A stretch of DNA of 64,000 bases. Source: Trichoplax sp. H2 (lineage: Eukaryota). Location: assembly GCA_003344405.1 (NCBI GenBank), contig NOWV01000002.1, positions 496,001 through 560,000 of the forward strand, written 5' to 3'. The notes below the pieces were generated by a model. The model saw nothing but the letters and a program-made list of their open reading frames with translations. It did not search any database and was not told the DNA's origin. The position numbers and the translations under genes are program-made. Positions 35,618-51,317 of this stretch are shown one piece after another (position 1 is the stretch's first letter; the number at the start of each line of letters is the position of its first letter).

Positions 35618-38600
35618 CTAAAGTAAAGCAAAGAAGTATATTACCACATTAAAATCTAACCTAGGCAATTGAATTAAATTTGACATTTTTAAAGCTATAA
35701 TGCGTGTTGACGATGCAGACATACTCTATTTTTCCGATAAATTTTCCATAATATGATAGATCAACCGCTGGTGTCCTTTTATTATTTTGGTTGATGATTA
35801 AATTGAGAGGTATGCAACCAGCACCTAGAGCAATTGAATTAGAATTTTATAAATTCATATTGCTTTACAAACCTTACTATTGTAACATTGTAAATTCTTT
35901 TACCTTTATAATGTTTGGTGTCGCTCGTTTTCAATATAGCTAGAAGAGTTTGACCGTTTAGGTATTTTAGATCTGAATCTTTGAAGTACTCTTCCTATGA
36001 TTAATACGCACGAGTAAGTTTGAAAATGTTAAAATCGCTTAGATTTAACTTTCTTATAGACTGTATACTGTCCATTCTGAAGCATTAATATTTTAATTTA
36101 TTGCCAATAAGAGAGTAAAAGACCTGAGAGAATTCACGAATTGTCCACTCTGGGCACTGATGACGATCTTCAAATTTTTGTCCAAATCTTGCAAACTGCT
36201 GTTCACGAACATTGAGATTATCAGACCAATAGCTTTTGTTTGGGCCGCTGATAATTGGTGCTAACAAAGAAATAAAGTAACTTATATTTCTAATTAAACT
36301 GTACGATCAATAAGATACTTTTTTTAGTGTTCGTAGCCGATAAAGTTGAAATTAGATTGTATCTGCACTTATGAAAGTATAGACGACTCATTAAAATACA
36401 TGATTTTCATTCTGGTACGTGATAGCTAGAACTATATTGGAATTATAATTTTTTGAGTGAATTTCATTTTTATCAAAAAGTTGCATGTACAAATATGTTA
36501 ATAAATAGAATCAGGTCAAAACTTTGCCCAGTAAGTGTGTTTAATGAGTAAACGTCATAACAGCATTTGATGGCGATAACAAGAAGATGTTAGATCTGTA
36601 TCAGATATCATAAATATTATGAAAATGGAGATGCGACTAAAAATGGAATTAAGAGCTTACAATTTAAGCAATTGGAATGAAATTCCAAAATCAAGCTTTC
36701 CGTAATTTCTTGATGCGATTTTAGCTAAAACATGAATCGAATATGAGGATCAGTTGAGTATCATTTAATGTTATAACTACAGTATTTACTTATATGATTT
36801 TAACGTTATGAAGCACTAACTGCCTACATATATGTAAAACGATTTAGAGCTCGTTTTTAAATTTATGACTAAGAAAATAAAATAATAATTGTCATGGTTT
36901 CAGTATAGCTATTTTATTTGTATAATCTATTTATTCCTAAATGGCTATATTTGCTACGCTGAATTTATTTTGGTATATGAATGATAAGTACCGTCCGTAT
37001 TCATACTAAAACACCATCAACTTATTCAATGGTATTATCATAGATCTAAAATAAAATTTACAATCGAGGCCAGTATTCATTCGAAAGGTGTACAGCATTA
37101 ACCATAAATATAGAAGATGCTTGTAGTTAAGGTCAGTTCACTAATGCTAAGATCAACATAAACTTACTAAAACATGGACACTTATAACTTTTATATAGGC
37201 TAAGTGATCTTTTGGTTTCCAATCTTTAGGGCGTTGTGCTAGAGTAGGTTAAAAAGACATTAATATTACAGCAACATGTAACATAAAATATAAAGAGACA
37301 GTGTATAAGCATATAGGCACTTTACTATCAAGACAGTTAATAGTCCGTAGGGTACCGAAAAAAGTAAATTAATTGCTGATTTCTTTGTTTCAGTACTTAT
37401 AAATGAAGACTGCATTACTTTACAGCTACATGACTAGATTTATATTATGAACCTACATTTTCTAATTGAAAGCCATACTTCAATATTGTTATGATAGATG
37501 TCTGCTTCAAATAAGCCATAAACCGGCAGATGATCGCTTGATTTAACATCCATCGCTGAGCCTGATCAAAATCAAAGAGTAGTACTACTTAAAATGCGAA
37601 ATTAAATAGGCGAAAGATTCACAAGTTACTTGCGATCAATTTAATGATATACTATATTGGACTGATGTGCTACAGCATAATAAAGGCCAATTTTTGGAAT
37701 TTTTCTTCGTCAATTTTATCTGGCAGAAGCAATTATGAATTACATAAAGTACGGTACTTGATGTACAATTTTAGAGGCAGATTAAGACCGAACCTATCTT
37801 GGTAGTAGAGGTGTAAGCTTATGATCCTATAAATGGATTTAATAGCGTTGTGTAGTAACAGTAGTCGCTAATAGATGGTGCAACTGTCCATTTCATTGAT
37901 TTTCCCGATTGATGTTGCGTGAGAATTTGCGAATAGTATTTAAGCTTAATATGCAAAGTAACAAAAGGATTTCGGTAATTTATCGTATACGAGTAAGAAG
38001 TTAGACGGTTTATTATAGTATGCCTATCGCGGGATTCAAGTGAAAAGTTTATAGTATAGACACTACAGAGTACAAATCTTGATATGCAGTTTAAGCTTAA
38101 AGGAGACCAAAAAACAGTTCTACATATACTTTTATCTCAAGATTATATACTTATTAACGATAAGAATAAAGTGGTGATTTTATACTTAAGGTTCTTCTAA
38201 CCGCTTACCATAGCATACAAAAGGTAGCATTAACTATATAATATCGCCTAAATAACACCGATATATTATGCTTATGTGATATTGTAGAAATTGATTAATA
38301 GCAATATCGTTACTTGCCATAAGCTAAACACTTTACTTTCTGCTGTGGATAAGACTTCCATAAAATTCGATCGCACCAAGAATGAGCGTTAACGATGAGC
38401 TAATATTGTATCGGATCAAAATCCAGTATTATTAAATAAGAAATATGGCTATAATCAAGAATAGCTATCAATGTTAATATGTTGCCTTATCATTGCATAT
38501 ATATTGTATATTTAAGGAAATAAAGACAAGTCAAGAAAGATAATATCCGTCATCAAATATTTCATTCACTCACCTTATTTTTACCTTTATTTTTGTAACA

Positions 38601-41600
38601 CATGTAACGGTTGTTTGAACCAACAACCAAGCGATAGGTAGGTGCGAAATCAATTTGCTTTTCCTCTATCAATCACGAATAAAAGGGAATATTGTATTTA
38701 AAAATTGGTGAATGCTAATATAACGGTAAAAAAAAGAAATAATTTGATTTGGAAGCTTAAAGATACTAAAAAGCGACAACTAATTTTAGGTACAACATCT
38801 ATCAATAATATTTATACTCTGATACAGAGGATTAATGGGTCTTTGTGCTATGTAAAATAAAAAAATTTAAATTGAATAAATCAACATACCCCAATCAAAA
38901 AAGATTATTCCATCGCTTTTCTGTTGATTAAGTTGGTCCTTATTCAGAAGGCCTGTAAATTGTTTATTGACCACTTTCTCATTGACTTCCTACACGTATA
39001 GAGTAATTTTATCATTATTATTACGGTTCGATGTCGATAATTATACGTGTTGTACCGTATTTGATCAATTATCATTATGATTCATATTAATTAAGACATG
39101 CAGCTACATCAGTAATGGTAAAAAGATTGCTATCATATCCTGCGACCTTATCTAGAATTTATATTAGCATCAGTATTACAGTGGTAATAATAGCTTTCCG
39201 TAAATTCTATTTTTTCTTATAATAATCAGCCAATTGATTAACTAAAATTAATGGTAATGTTGCAAAATGGAATTGTTTTCATTCATTTTATAGCTTTACA
39301 ACCCTGTATTTTCCTATCTTATTATGCTAGAAATGGATAGTCTATAAGGTTAGCCATAATACCTTCAATATGATTAAACTTACGCTTATATTCGCATCAA
39401 CACGGTAATTTAAATCTCCAAACCAAAATATATGATGAAATTGATGAGTGACATCTTGTAGCTTCGATTGAAAATTTCCTAGGCGCAAATTTTGGGCAAT
39501 TCGTTGAACTTCATCATTTCGCCTATCATTGAAGTGTTAGTCATAGTTGATAAATCTGTTAAAGAAGTTCAGTAAGTTGATTTTCGAAGTTTTCAGGCTT
39601 TTGCTAGATATTCGTATATCTTACTTTACTAGGTTTTCTGCTCTTGCAGCCAAGTGACTATTAATGAAACAAAAATGGGTTTGATGGAGCTGAAAGGAAA
39701 TGGCTACTGCACCTTTGTTGCCTAAAGAAAATATAAGAAATTATTGTTTCACAAAGAATAAGGTTTAGGTGAATTATATCGCACAGATCCAAGGTAGTCA
39801 AGGCGAAATAATAGCATGTAATAATTTACCAAATCTTGGAACTCCAGGTATATTACCAGTTCTAACAAAGTCATGTTTGATATTAGTGATCACTTTATGG
39901 TAATCAAGGCTACAGAATACTGCAATCTTCATTTGAACTAAGCCTAGTGCATCCAGCTATAAAAATAGAAACAGAGATAATTCTTTAATTTACCGCAGTA
40001 GGTTATGTTTTTACAGTCTGTTCCGTTACTTCGAATATTTTTTAGCACTATTTTATTCAGTTAAAAAGTCAAATGAATGTATCCTAATAATTAGACACGA
40101 TATATTTCTGAAATTAGCTGTAATAATGAAAATTCTAATTTATAATATTAGCAAACTGATTTAATATATTTTTAACTATTAAACAAGTCTAGTTTAACAA
40201 ATAAATACTTTATCTTGCATTACTATAAATACTGTATTATTTACTGAGTTTAATATGCATTATATATTATTTAAGGAATTATGCTGCTTTTGTCATCAAC
40301 AAAAATTCTATTTTAGTACACTAAATTTTAGCTTGATGCATACGATTAGCTATGATATATTTAGGTAATAAGTATTTTATCTTATACAAGCTACATCGCC
40401 GGTTCCGTGAATGAATCATTGATCCCCTTAAATTACGTAGCTTAATTTTATATTGATCAATGCTTAAATTAATATTATTGGCAGGTATATTTTATATCAT
40501 AAAGTTTGGCTGAGTAAAATAAGGTTATATACGACGCAAGTTAATATTCTTTAAGACTGTGTGTTCTCATGATATCGAATGCGCATGCAATATTTACACT
40601 ACTAGACATACACACTTGTACGGTATAGTTTTCTCTAGCTGAAAGAGCTTAATATCGTAGCGGCGTCATGTTAAATTTTCGTCATCAATCAACCTCGGGC
40701 TTTAAGTTCAGTAATTTTGCAATGCTATTAATAATGTTATACTGTTATTACTGTACCTTTACACTACGCTACTGTAGATGCTTCTTGCTGCCATACTGAA
40801 TGAAATAATGAACTGTTTTGGCAATTTGAAATAACCAGATACGTGCAGTATATTGCAAAATACTCAACATACTATATTTAAGAAAGGAATTTTCATCAGA
40901 AATTACTTTTATAAACTGAACATTAGAATAAAAATTGTGAAAGAGTAAGGATTCCTCTATTTCAGTGTATCGGCATACAGCTTACGAAAGATCCTAAGTA
41001 ATATACCTACCTTCACGTAAAATTTTGCAGTCATTTGGTTTAATAAATTTTTCACATGATTAGTCCAGGTTGTAAGATTACTCATTCCACTCTCCTGAGT
41101 AATACAAATTACAAATTAATTCATAATTTAATCTAATGTTTTAAAATCTTAATGAAATGTTAATGCAAACTTATCCTATATATTACTCTTTATGTATTCG
41201 TACCTGAGTACCAATAACGTAAATATCATACCCTTCCTGTAAAGATGAAGATATATTGGTGGATCCTTGGCATGTTAGCCAAGGTCGAATATTTGGAGCT
41301 TTAGAGAGATTTCCACCTAACGTTGTTATTTAATACGATTCAAATAAAAGCGAGAATTCCTATTAATAATCGCTTATTTCTATTACTTTTTATCTTTATC
41401 ATATCTAAAGCCTTACTTATCATCATTAATTTAAATTATTATATACGCTACCCATATTCCATGTGCCAACAAATATTTTGACTTTTGCTTTAGGCGTCAA
41501 ATCACAGCTGAGACTATCTAAAATACCGTAGAATTTGTCCAGATCCTGATATCGTAATAAATCGTATACAAAAGAATGATCAATCAATATGTTAGAGATT

Positions 41601-44600
41601 TATTATAGCAGACAATCTCCTCTAAATCAGCTAAAATCTATTTCTATCTTGATTTTTACCAAATGGTTAATATTAACAAATACAGCCATTAATGTACGAG
41701 AAGAGCTAATATCATATTATCACTACATGTTCAATTCATTAATTTTACATTTTTGTCATGGAATTCGATGATTTTTGGCCAATTTTCATGATGGTTTGCA
41801 TAATTAATAAGAATACTTTTTGCACTCTCGTCTTTCTTTACAGTTCGAACTAAAATGAAATTAGTAGCAATAGTTCAGAAAAAATGCTACTAATATTGGA
41901 TTACACTGCAAAAATTGGTAACAATCCTCTAATAAGTATTATGATCTGTAATAGAAGTAAATAATTATGAGATTTTTATTTATACATATTGTCAGAATAT
42001 CTAGCTTCTAATAATTAAATTTATTAATTATTGGTTGCAAACGTTATAAGTTAAGAGAAGATAGAGACATCAATACTCTGCTAAATTTCTTATATCTTCC
42101 TGTAAACTTAAAGGAATCTACTGTATTATCATTTTAATTTATAAAATACAACTGGTTGTCATATATAAAGTCATAGGCTACAGAGATATTATACCTGATC
42201 ACTCTATCTGAGAATCTTATTTCTAATAATAAACTTAAAGAAATCAATTATGCTTATTGCTGTAACTTATGAAATATATCCGACTATTACTTAGAAATTT
42301 ATAAATTAGAAAAATGCTTACTAGTGATGTTGATTATGTCTTAACTAACTGACTTAAACGGGAACTTGAAGCTATCCATTATTATAGTCTCCAGGGCATT
42401 ATTATAAATACTCAAAAGTGCACTGGTTTATTGATATATCTAATAATATATTATTCGAGCTATTAACTTAAGATTTACGAAAATTCCAAGACATTTAGAA
42501 ATTACTTTCTGCAGTTGAAATATCTTCCATCAAGTTGCTACTTTGATGTTTGTCTTGAAAGCTAATGATTGCTGTTTCTAAGTTAGATAAAATAACCATT
42601 GATACATAAATGGTAATATCAGTTTACAACATTACAGAATATAACAATCTAATTTGTTCTACCTTTCCCTAAATTCAACTTTATCAAGACATCATTTCGT
42701 ATGTTTTTGCTAAGTAGCAAAGTTGCATTAGCCTAAAAAAACTTAGTCCATGAGAACACTAATTTAAAGCTATCGTATATTCAATAAATCAAGTTAAATG
42801 AACAGTTTTTGGTTATGATAATGATAAAGCTACTAAACCTCAAAGTTTGGTTGAGGTTCTTGATCCGAGAACAGCGTAGATTCATTGAATGCGAACATAT
42901 TTTGACCTTCATGAGAAGTATCTGGCTCTGACATGGTTTGTATTGGATTCGTATTACGCTCTAACGTAGAAAATTGAAGCTTGTCGTAGTTTTCATTATC
43001 TATGTCTTCATCGTCAGAATTACGATCTGTTCTTTCGGAAATATCAACAAATTCGTAAGATTCTGCATGATTAAATTCGTTGATATTTGTAGCGGCTTTA
43101 ACTTCCGTCATTTTATAAAACTAGAAATGGATAAAATTTATAACATATCAAATATCATCAACTATGCTTTAAATCACAATTTTATTTAGAATTTTTATTT
43201 GATTACGGCTAATAATCTTTGAAAGCATTATAAATATAAATCACTGTCTATATCATAAGTGAAAGGTTTATGTATATTAAAATTAATGGAAAGACCAATT
43301 TGATATGTGATTCATTCGATCACAACTATAAAATTTTTAAGCTTAAAGTATAAAACTAATATTGCTTAATCGTAGAGAGAGTCTATACATGCAGTAAAAA
43401 ATAACGATGAAAGCATAAATTATAACAGAAATTATACAGGAAAATATATTTTCTTTTAAGATTTGATGTGACAATTTTAAAAATTATATAAAGCTAATAT
43501 CAGTACATTCTCGCAGAAGAGCAGACATTTATTAAAGTGGGATAATTTACGCAATATTTATCAGTAATTGTATACAGTCTTCGCTATTTCCTACAATGAT
43601 TTAATATTATATAGCCTGTTTATGGTATATGATGTATCTAATTTTACAATCCTGTTATCTGCATGTGTTCTCACTCTAAAATTATAAATACTGATGATTT
43701 CTGCCTCAGATTTGTTTTGTTGCACTTGTTGGTGTTAGTATCTACTCACGTTACTTCACGACAGCTTACACGCTGATCTACTAGAAACTACCACACTGAA
43801 CCTAGTTATTCTCTACAATAAATATCTCTTTTTCTAATAATCCCCGTATCATTATTGTGAAATGCCTAAGGAGTCCACATCCGCAGACTCTTTGAACCCT
43901 CCATCGCAGTAATCATTGCTACGAATTTTATTTGTCTTAGTGGTTTAATTACATAAATTGGTAAAGATTGAATATACAGTATATCAACCATCATACGTAC
44001 TTTCTTATGGATTTCTGTTATGAGATTTTTGCAGACCTCAAACTGGCATACCATGTCACCTAATGTCATTTGACGGTTTTTCCATTCATCAGTACGGGTA
44101 AGAAACTTGCAGGGAATTTCCGATGGCTATAATCATAAGTACGTATACACTTAAAATAAAAGCTCTCATGATATTGATAGATAAAGCCAAAATTTTTATT
44201 AAAGCTTGCGATAGAGAAATTTGGACATGGTTAGTTATTTCGATAAAATTATAAACTAGTACTCCGTTATTCATCATAAATATTAATTATTTTATTCTGT
44301 TTTGAGTACAGTATGATATTAATTATTTTTAATCATTAATTTAAAAATTCCTTTCATTCTTACTTCTGTTAACCGCATAAGTACTTGCTCTAGATTCTTC
44401 AGATAGTTATAATATCCATCCATTTCCCTATCAGATGAGGATATTTTACAAAAATATTGTATCATGAAATCTTAATTCTAATAAAATAGAGGTATAGGCA
44501 TTCATTATATATGAAATAAGATGGTTGATAAACTTATGTTCATGGGCAAAGATTTAAAAGTCTAATTTAATATTAAATTCAGAATATTTAAAATGCATCG

Positions 44601-47600
44601 TTTGAACTACCGATAGTTATAATATGAAAATTTGTAAACTAATATGCTAAAGATATTTTATTTAGTTGAAGTATTGCACATAAATTACTTTTTATATAAG
44701 CTCCTTAAAAGGTGATATAGCATATTAATTTCTGAAGATCCTGTGCTTATACTAAACTAGCTAAATTCTTCTGTGGGGCATACTTATCATCTACAGTAAG
44801 CATTTCAGGAAGGCATTGTTGCGTACTCTAATTTGTAAATTTTGATAAGTATTCTGATTTACGTAAGGATTATGTATATTTAGCATATAAGCCATTTGAA
44901 GTACTCAACAAAATTATACGGGATAGTATATTTATAAAATGAGGATATTTAAATTTTAGGCTATATTAGGTCTCATATAATACACTAAAGCGTGACATCG
45001 CAAATACAGATGTGGTTTAGTTCTAGATCATGTCAATATTACGAACTTACTTATTTACTTTACTAGCTAAGGATAGCAAAAGCGTCTCAAGGCGTTCACA
45101 CGATAATTCTCCATTTTGAATACCTTCGACGTCTTTGTTAATGCCTTGCCTGAAATAGTCCTGCAGTAGTTGTGTCTCCTGGTAACCATATCTAATTGTA
45201 GGAAATAAATAAATAATGCTATGTAGTAAATCACTATGTATATTCGATGTCATCTCGAAAAAGCTATAAATTCAGCAATGTAATAGGGGAGACATGATTT
45301 ACGTATTTATGAACCCTGGATGAATTATCTAATAGGATGTATCAAACTTTATTTTTAAAAGCGTATTATTGATCACAACAGTTTCTAGAAAACTTTAATA
45401 AGGGCCTACATCCACAATTATGATTAATTTTCCGATAACTCGATAAGCTTTGAATATATCAGTGGCGAAGTATCGTTATTTATTAAGTTGTATCTAGCAA
45501 GTTATAATCCCAAAATTGACTGTATTGTAGGTAAATTCTCTGATTATGAATAGCTATGTTATTGCTACCGAAATAAGCTTTACGTAAGTATAAATACTAA
45601 ATTCTTACGATAATCTTCCAAATTGTCTATGAGCTTCCTCAAAAACTTCATTATGATGCCGGTTGGAAGAAATACCTATACAATTTTAATATACCCAATT
45701 AAGTTAGAAAGCTGGTAGAAAATAACATGAATAGAACATTGGGTCATGCTATTGCTGCAACCATACGAATAGAAGTATATGTTCCAATACATATAGGCAT
45801 GGGTATAATTCGGATAACTAATCAAACTATTTCATTACCAATTGTCAACTGACAAAATTTTAGCCCAGTAAACGAAAGTGTGGCGAGAATCGATCAGTTG
45901 ACATATAATAATTTACTGTTAATCGATAACATTTAATTTCTAGCGAAGTTAGAAAATACGAACTAGCTGAAAGTTATGATTATAAAGTGATCATGAGTTT
46001 AGAAATCTTACAAAATCACAAAAACGTTGGTTATTCTATAAAATTCTCAAATTTGCAAATAAGTGGAACTTATGAAAGTAGACTACTGCAATAAATGAAG
46101 ATATGATTCACCAAAAGTATTCAAGAAAGAATATTAATAAGTAGTGACGGTTAGAGTTGAGCAATGCCTCAAATGATAAAACCGAGTTGTCCATAGCAAT
46201 CAACTATTGTACTGGTATATTCAGGATTAGAGACCGGATCAACCGAAGCTAATAATGAACTTAGTAGAATAATTTAATTTATTTTGAACTATAAATAGCG
46301 GACAATGAAGCTGACCAATAATGATAAGATCTTGTAAATAGGCTGATAAATAAATCTTTAGAGAGAATGGTAACTTACTGTTTCTAGGAATCTTATCTAT
46401 CCCGTAAACACCCTCCTCACGACGGCGAAAATTCAAAATATCGCTAACGTTGTCAAAAACCAGTTGATTGCCATCATCCTATAGGAATCAATATTAATCA
46501 TAATTTAACCTAAATTATCTACGCAAGGAACTTTATCTCGTATTAATAGCTGCTAAGCTTTGGCTCATGAAGAACTAATGAAGAACAATTGAGAAGACGG
46601 TATGTAATTTATTGTTGAATTTCTGTATATCCTAGTATAAGCTTTTATTTTCACCATATTAACTACGATATTGCTTATTAACTACGGTATTACTGTTAGG
46701 AGGAAATTATTTCCATACCCATGTTGTTGACTAGACATGAATTTGTCGTAGTTATACTATTACTAAAGAATTTAATCAATTTGTTTCACATTAACAATTT
46801 ATTTTTCTTCTCTCTGCTAATAGTTGCTACATATTGATCCCGAAGAGGTAGGTTTCCTTATGTAACAGACTTATACCAGAGCTGAATAAAATAGGCTTAA
46901 AATTGGAATCTGTAGTTAATAATCTTACCGCGAAGCGATCTCCTCGGATGATGTGAATGTGAGGTTTTCTAAAAGCAAGAGAATTCAGTTTATGGGCATG
47001 GCTAGTTTCTTTGGCGTCAAGCTGCTAACAATGTGCAATTATGCTGTAGCAATATACTTCATTTTATTTATTAAATTATCAAGATATTTAAATTACGTTA
47101 TACTTCAAGATAATAGATTTTAGTCGGTGAGGTTGATTACCTTTGATTAGCTGGGGTTTGTTCTCCTTTAATATTTTTAAATGGATTTGTTGAAGTCTTA
47201 ATTGAAGATCCTGGCGTCAATTGTGCATCAATTGATCGAGGCTGATTGTGGGAATTGGTTGGAATAGGCTGAGGTAGTGGACGAGCTTGATGGTGATTTA
47301 AATGTGTTTCTGCTACATTAAGAGGGGTTAATGTCTTAAAGACCAATTTAAAGTTGTCTTTATAATAGGCAGTAACTGAGTTGAGGTCCGTAAAATATTT
47401 TAAATTTTCTGGGATGCCTCCAGGTTTACTCTTAAAGTAAAATGATGGAATATTGAGATGTTAATATTACATATTATTGCCAAGTACTGACGGTAAAACC
47501 AATACAGTAGTTAAGTTGTCTATTCTAACTCAAAGATATGGAATTCTATGATTTAGATGATCTATTACTTACAACTTCCGGGACAATAATCCTGGTCGGC

Positions 47601-48151
47601 GTAATAATAATACGATGATGATAAATTTTCCCATCCCAGCTACGAATCACAAAAAGAAGAGAAATAAAGTTGAGTTCTGGTTGCAGCTTTAGGCGTAACT
47701 TTTACATAACTGGTTCGTATTATTCAGAGTATTAGAGTTAGATAATTTCATCTATGAGATAGATAGATAGATATTTGCTCAGATCATTTAATTAAGCAGT
47801 ATTCCAATTCAGTAGCTGTACAGTACACGTATGTAAGAGCTAAAATTCGAAAGGTTATACGTATACTCGTGTTTTATTTCAGTATTAGCTTGTAACTGGA
47901 CTTTACTATCTGCTAAATTTATTGGTTTAACTTCTATATTTACATGGATTGAATAAATTAGGATAGAAGAAGTTGAGTTGATCGACTTACTAAGCAGTAA
48001 TGGTTAAATCGCCTTTAGCACTTCCGCTAGGCCTAATTACAAATGCTCCCTGCATTTCAGTTGCTTGAACCAGTTCAACAGCTTTTTCGGCAGTAAGCGA
48101 TGGATCATAAGCTTGACATGACAACAACTTGGAATTAATGGTGGAAGCCAT
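35618..48151 (-). CDS. SHIP-like paralog B: SH2-containing inositol polyphosphate 5-phosphatase with C2 (INPP5D/INPPL1 family), about 25 exons; 3' end and some mid exons uncertain
   Basis: Start [42 protein letters not shown] (SH2). Then [108 protein letters not shown]2 exons lie at about 35700-36720. Confidence 0.85.
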
Positions 48152-51100
48152 TGCTAGCTTGATAGCGTCTTGGATTTCACCAAATGAATCAATTCAATGC
48201 TACTAAATGATGAAGAAGTCATTAAAGTATCCATTTAATTTGATTTTAATTTCAGTATTATATTAAAAGATCAGTTGATAGTGTCAAAAGTTGTTCCATC
48301 TAGATGTCAATATATCATCTCGATCATTTTGCCCGATTCCGACTAAAACAGATATTTAAAACAGACAACTTGAGTAGTAGGATGTATGGAATTTCTGTTT
48401 ATGATTGGATTACACAAACAACAGGTTGTATTAAAATAATGAAAGTCTCAATTGCTAGTCAATATATTAATAAATCAGCAAAAGATAGACAATTTTCTGG
48501 AGGAAAAGTGTATAACCTCGAACTTCCTTAGTGGACCACTAAAGAATGTATTGAAATACGATAAAATTTTTTAATAACTTTCTCCTCTATGATGCAAAAA
48601 TAATCAATTTTATCACTTTCTTCTTTTACAATCAATGTGAATGTTGATCAGGCTAGTAGCTTAAAATACGAACAATATCAGTGGACATAATAGCTGTAAA
48701 ATACTAACAAAATTGATGGCATTCACTCTTAAATTGAACTGCCAGTGTCATAAGCAATAAAGTGCATAATTTCGAGGTGATGCCAAGGTTTACAGTAAAG
48801 TATCTCAAGGATAATCTATCAAGATTTCCAATTCTTGATCAATTTCTTATTACTACATAGATCAGTTCTTCACCTAGAACTGTCTATATTTACATGACTA
48901 CATTTACCTTTACTTCTATGGCTTGTACAAGTAAAGTTTTGTACAGTAGACTCAACTACTTCAGCATACGGGTAGATATTTCGTATACTTCACTGAAGCT
49001 GCTCTATTGCACGTTCTTAGAGTCTAATCTACAAACATAATTGTTTTAGAGGAGGCTGTACTATAAAGTAATTTAGTACTTACGACAAATAAAGACCAAA
49101 ATTACAATTTTATTTTTAGCTTATTCGTCAGTCGAATCCAACAACGAGTCTTGTAAACCGAATTAATAATGAACCATGTCTAATGGAAAGTAAAGAAATG
49201 GTTAAGGATTCGTCATCAACTTTAAGTTTCTGAATCGAAAGTTCTCTTAGTAGTTATTGCCGTGGATAATCCTCAGCAAAGAAGAGTAGATTAGTATACA
49301 AGCTTGGAAAGGATGCCTCAACTCTTTCTATTTGTTGTTCGTGTATATGCCAAAAATAAATAAGAGACATTCTACTCTACTTCCGTGAACAATAACTTAT
49401 CGTTCAGTATAAAAGAAATCATTAGCATCCAATAATATTTAGACAATGCCTTCCCATATTGAAATGTAAATTTTATCGCTAGTCTCTCGGTCCAAAAGGG
49501 AACAATAACTTGTTTAATACATTGAATAACGTTTATAGGAATGAAGGACGGCCAACGTATACTCGTCCATCGGCATTAATTTGATTTTGTAAACCAAAAT
49601 CATGATAATTGACATTAGGGAGTACTTCCCAGGGAAAAATCAAGCTTATAGCATGGGGTTTCTGACTGCTATAAAGCATGACATCAATTTTTACGAAGAA
49701 AATAGATGGATTTAAGGTATACAGGTTGTCATTATGAGTTACATCACTATAGACAATGAATATTAAATATAATAAAATGGAATCCCTAGGTGTCCATCAG
49801 TAACAAAGATATTATCCAACAGCCTACTTAGAACAATTCTTTGACCATAATCGTGCAACATCCAATTAATAGCATATATTATTGACGGGTGGAAAACTAT
49901 AATGAAAAATTAAAATAGTTTCAAGATAGTAATTCATAAAGTTTCAGGGGAAGACGAATCCACATCATTATAATATATTGAACCATTGATCGATGTTGCG
50001 GCAAGTATTATAGAAAAATGAATTACTTGATAATTATGCTAGTGATAGATCACTAGCAATCAGGATCATGATCAATATCAGATCAAGTTTCTTTCCCGAA
50101 ATCGAAACACGATTTAATTACTATTCTTGGTAAATTTCTTTATTATAAGAGCAAAGCACATTTAATCAAATGCTATTTGATGGCTATAATATAGTAGCAA
50201 ATACTCTAACTTACAAATTGTAACAGAATTACCTAATCTTTTTCGGTTACAAACTACAGTCAATATATTAGAAATTACTAGACTTATTTATGCTAATGGA
50301 GAGAATACTTTACATTAGATAGTAATCTTAATATAAGAATATCCATGTCTATTTACTCATCGACAAATAGCCATAGCAATTTTACGCTATCAAAGTCAAT
50401 GACGGCGTAACAATATTTAAAATCGCTGCATAGGCTTTAACCGTTAGAGATCTGCATCTATACTGAAGGTAGCATGCATATGGTTTGCCTTTAGAAATAC
50501 TACGTTCAGTTCTGTGTAGGTGACAAAGTAGGACTCTCATTGAACTCCTTGTATTATCTTTTTCATAAGATAAAGTTTTATTACAAAATACGAGCGAATA
50601 CTTCTATATGGGAAGACCGAGTTATAAATATCATTCTTAATCAAAAATTAGTATCCGCTAATAGGTCTCTATGATCACCAGCATTTTGAATGTAAAAATA
50701 AGATTTATAGGTACTTCTGAGAGTAAAATTACTTTGTATCCATGAACAATTACTACGCTAATTTTCTAATACAAAAAATATAGCACTTGCAAATAGCATT
50801 TATATCGAAAAGGATAAAATATAATTGATCGATTGCAATTTTTGCTCATTTGCACTACCAGAGTAAGATTCAAAACTATTGACCACCATTACCAGCTTAA
50901 TATGATACATAAAATAAAAACCATTCTGTCTTTTACCAGTTTTTAAAAATAATCTGCAAAATTGTTAACTACAAAATCAATATACTTATTTATAAACTTT
51001 AACTGAATGCACAATTAACAATTAATTCTCCTCGCAGTATGCACATATATATGCTTATATTCTCCGTAATATTATCTTTAATACATACATATAAAAAATT

Positions 51101-51317
51101 CATCTACATTTAATTTTGGCAGAAAATTTTAAAATATTAATGTTTAGGGCAGTAGACCGCTAATTTATATTTATCAATGTAAAATAAAATAGTTTTATTT
51201 CAACGGTGGTCTGTATACCATAACCTTATGGATGTAACAGCGAGAAGTATTAACGTTATAACAGCAACTTGCATGGAGTTAAAATTCTATCGCCCTTGGA
51301 TATTAGATCATGTAGCA

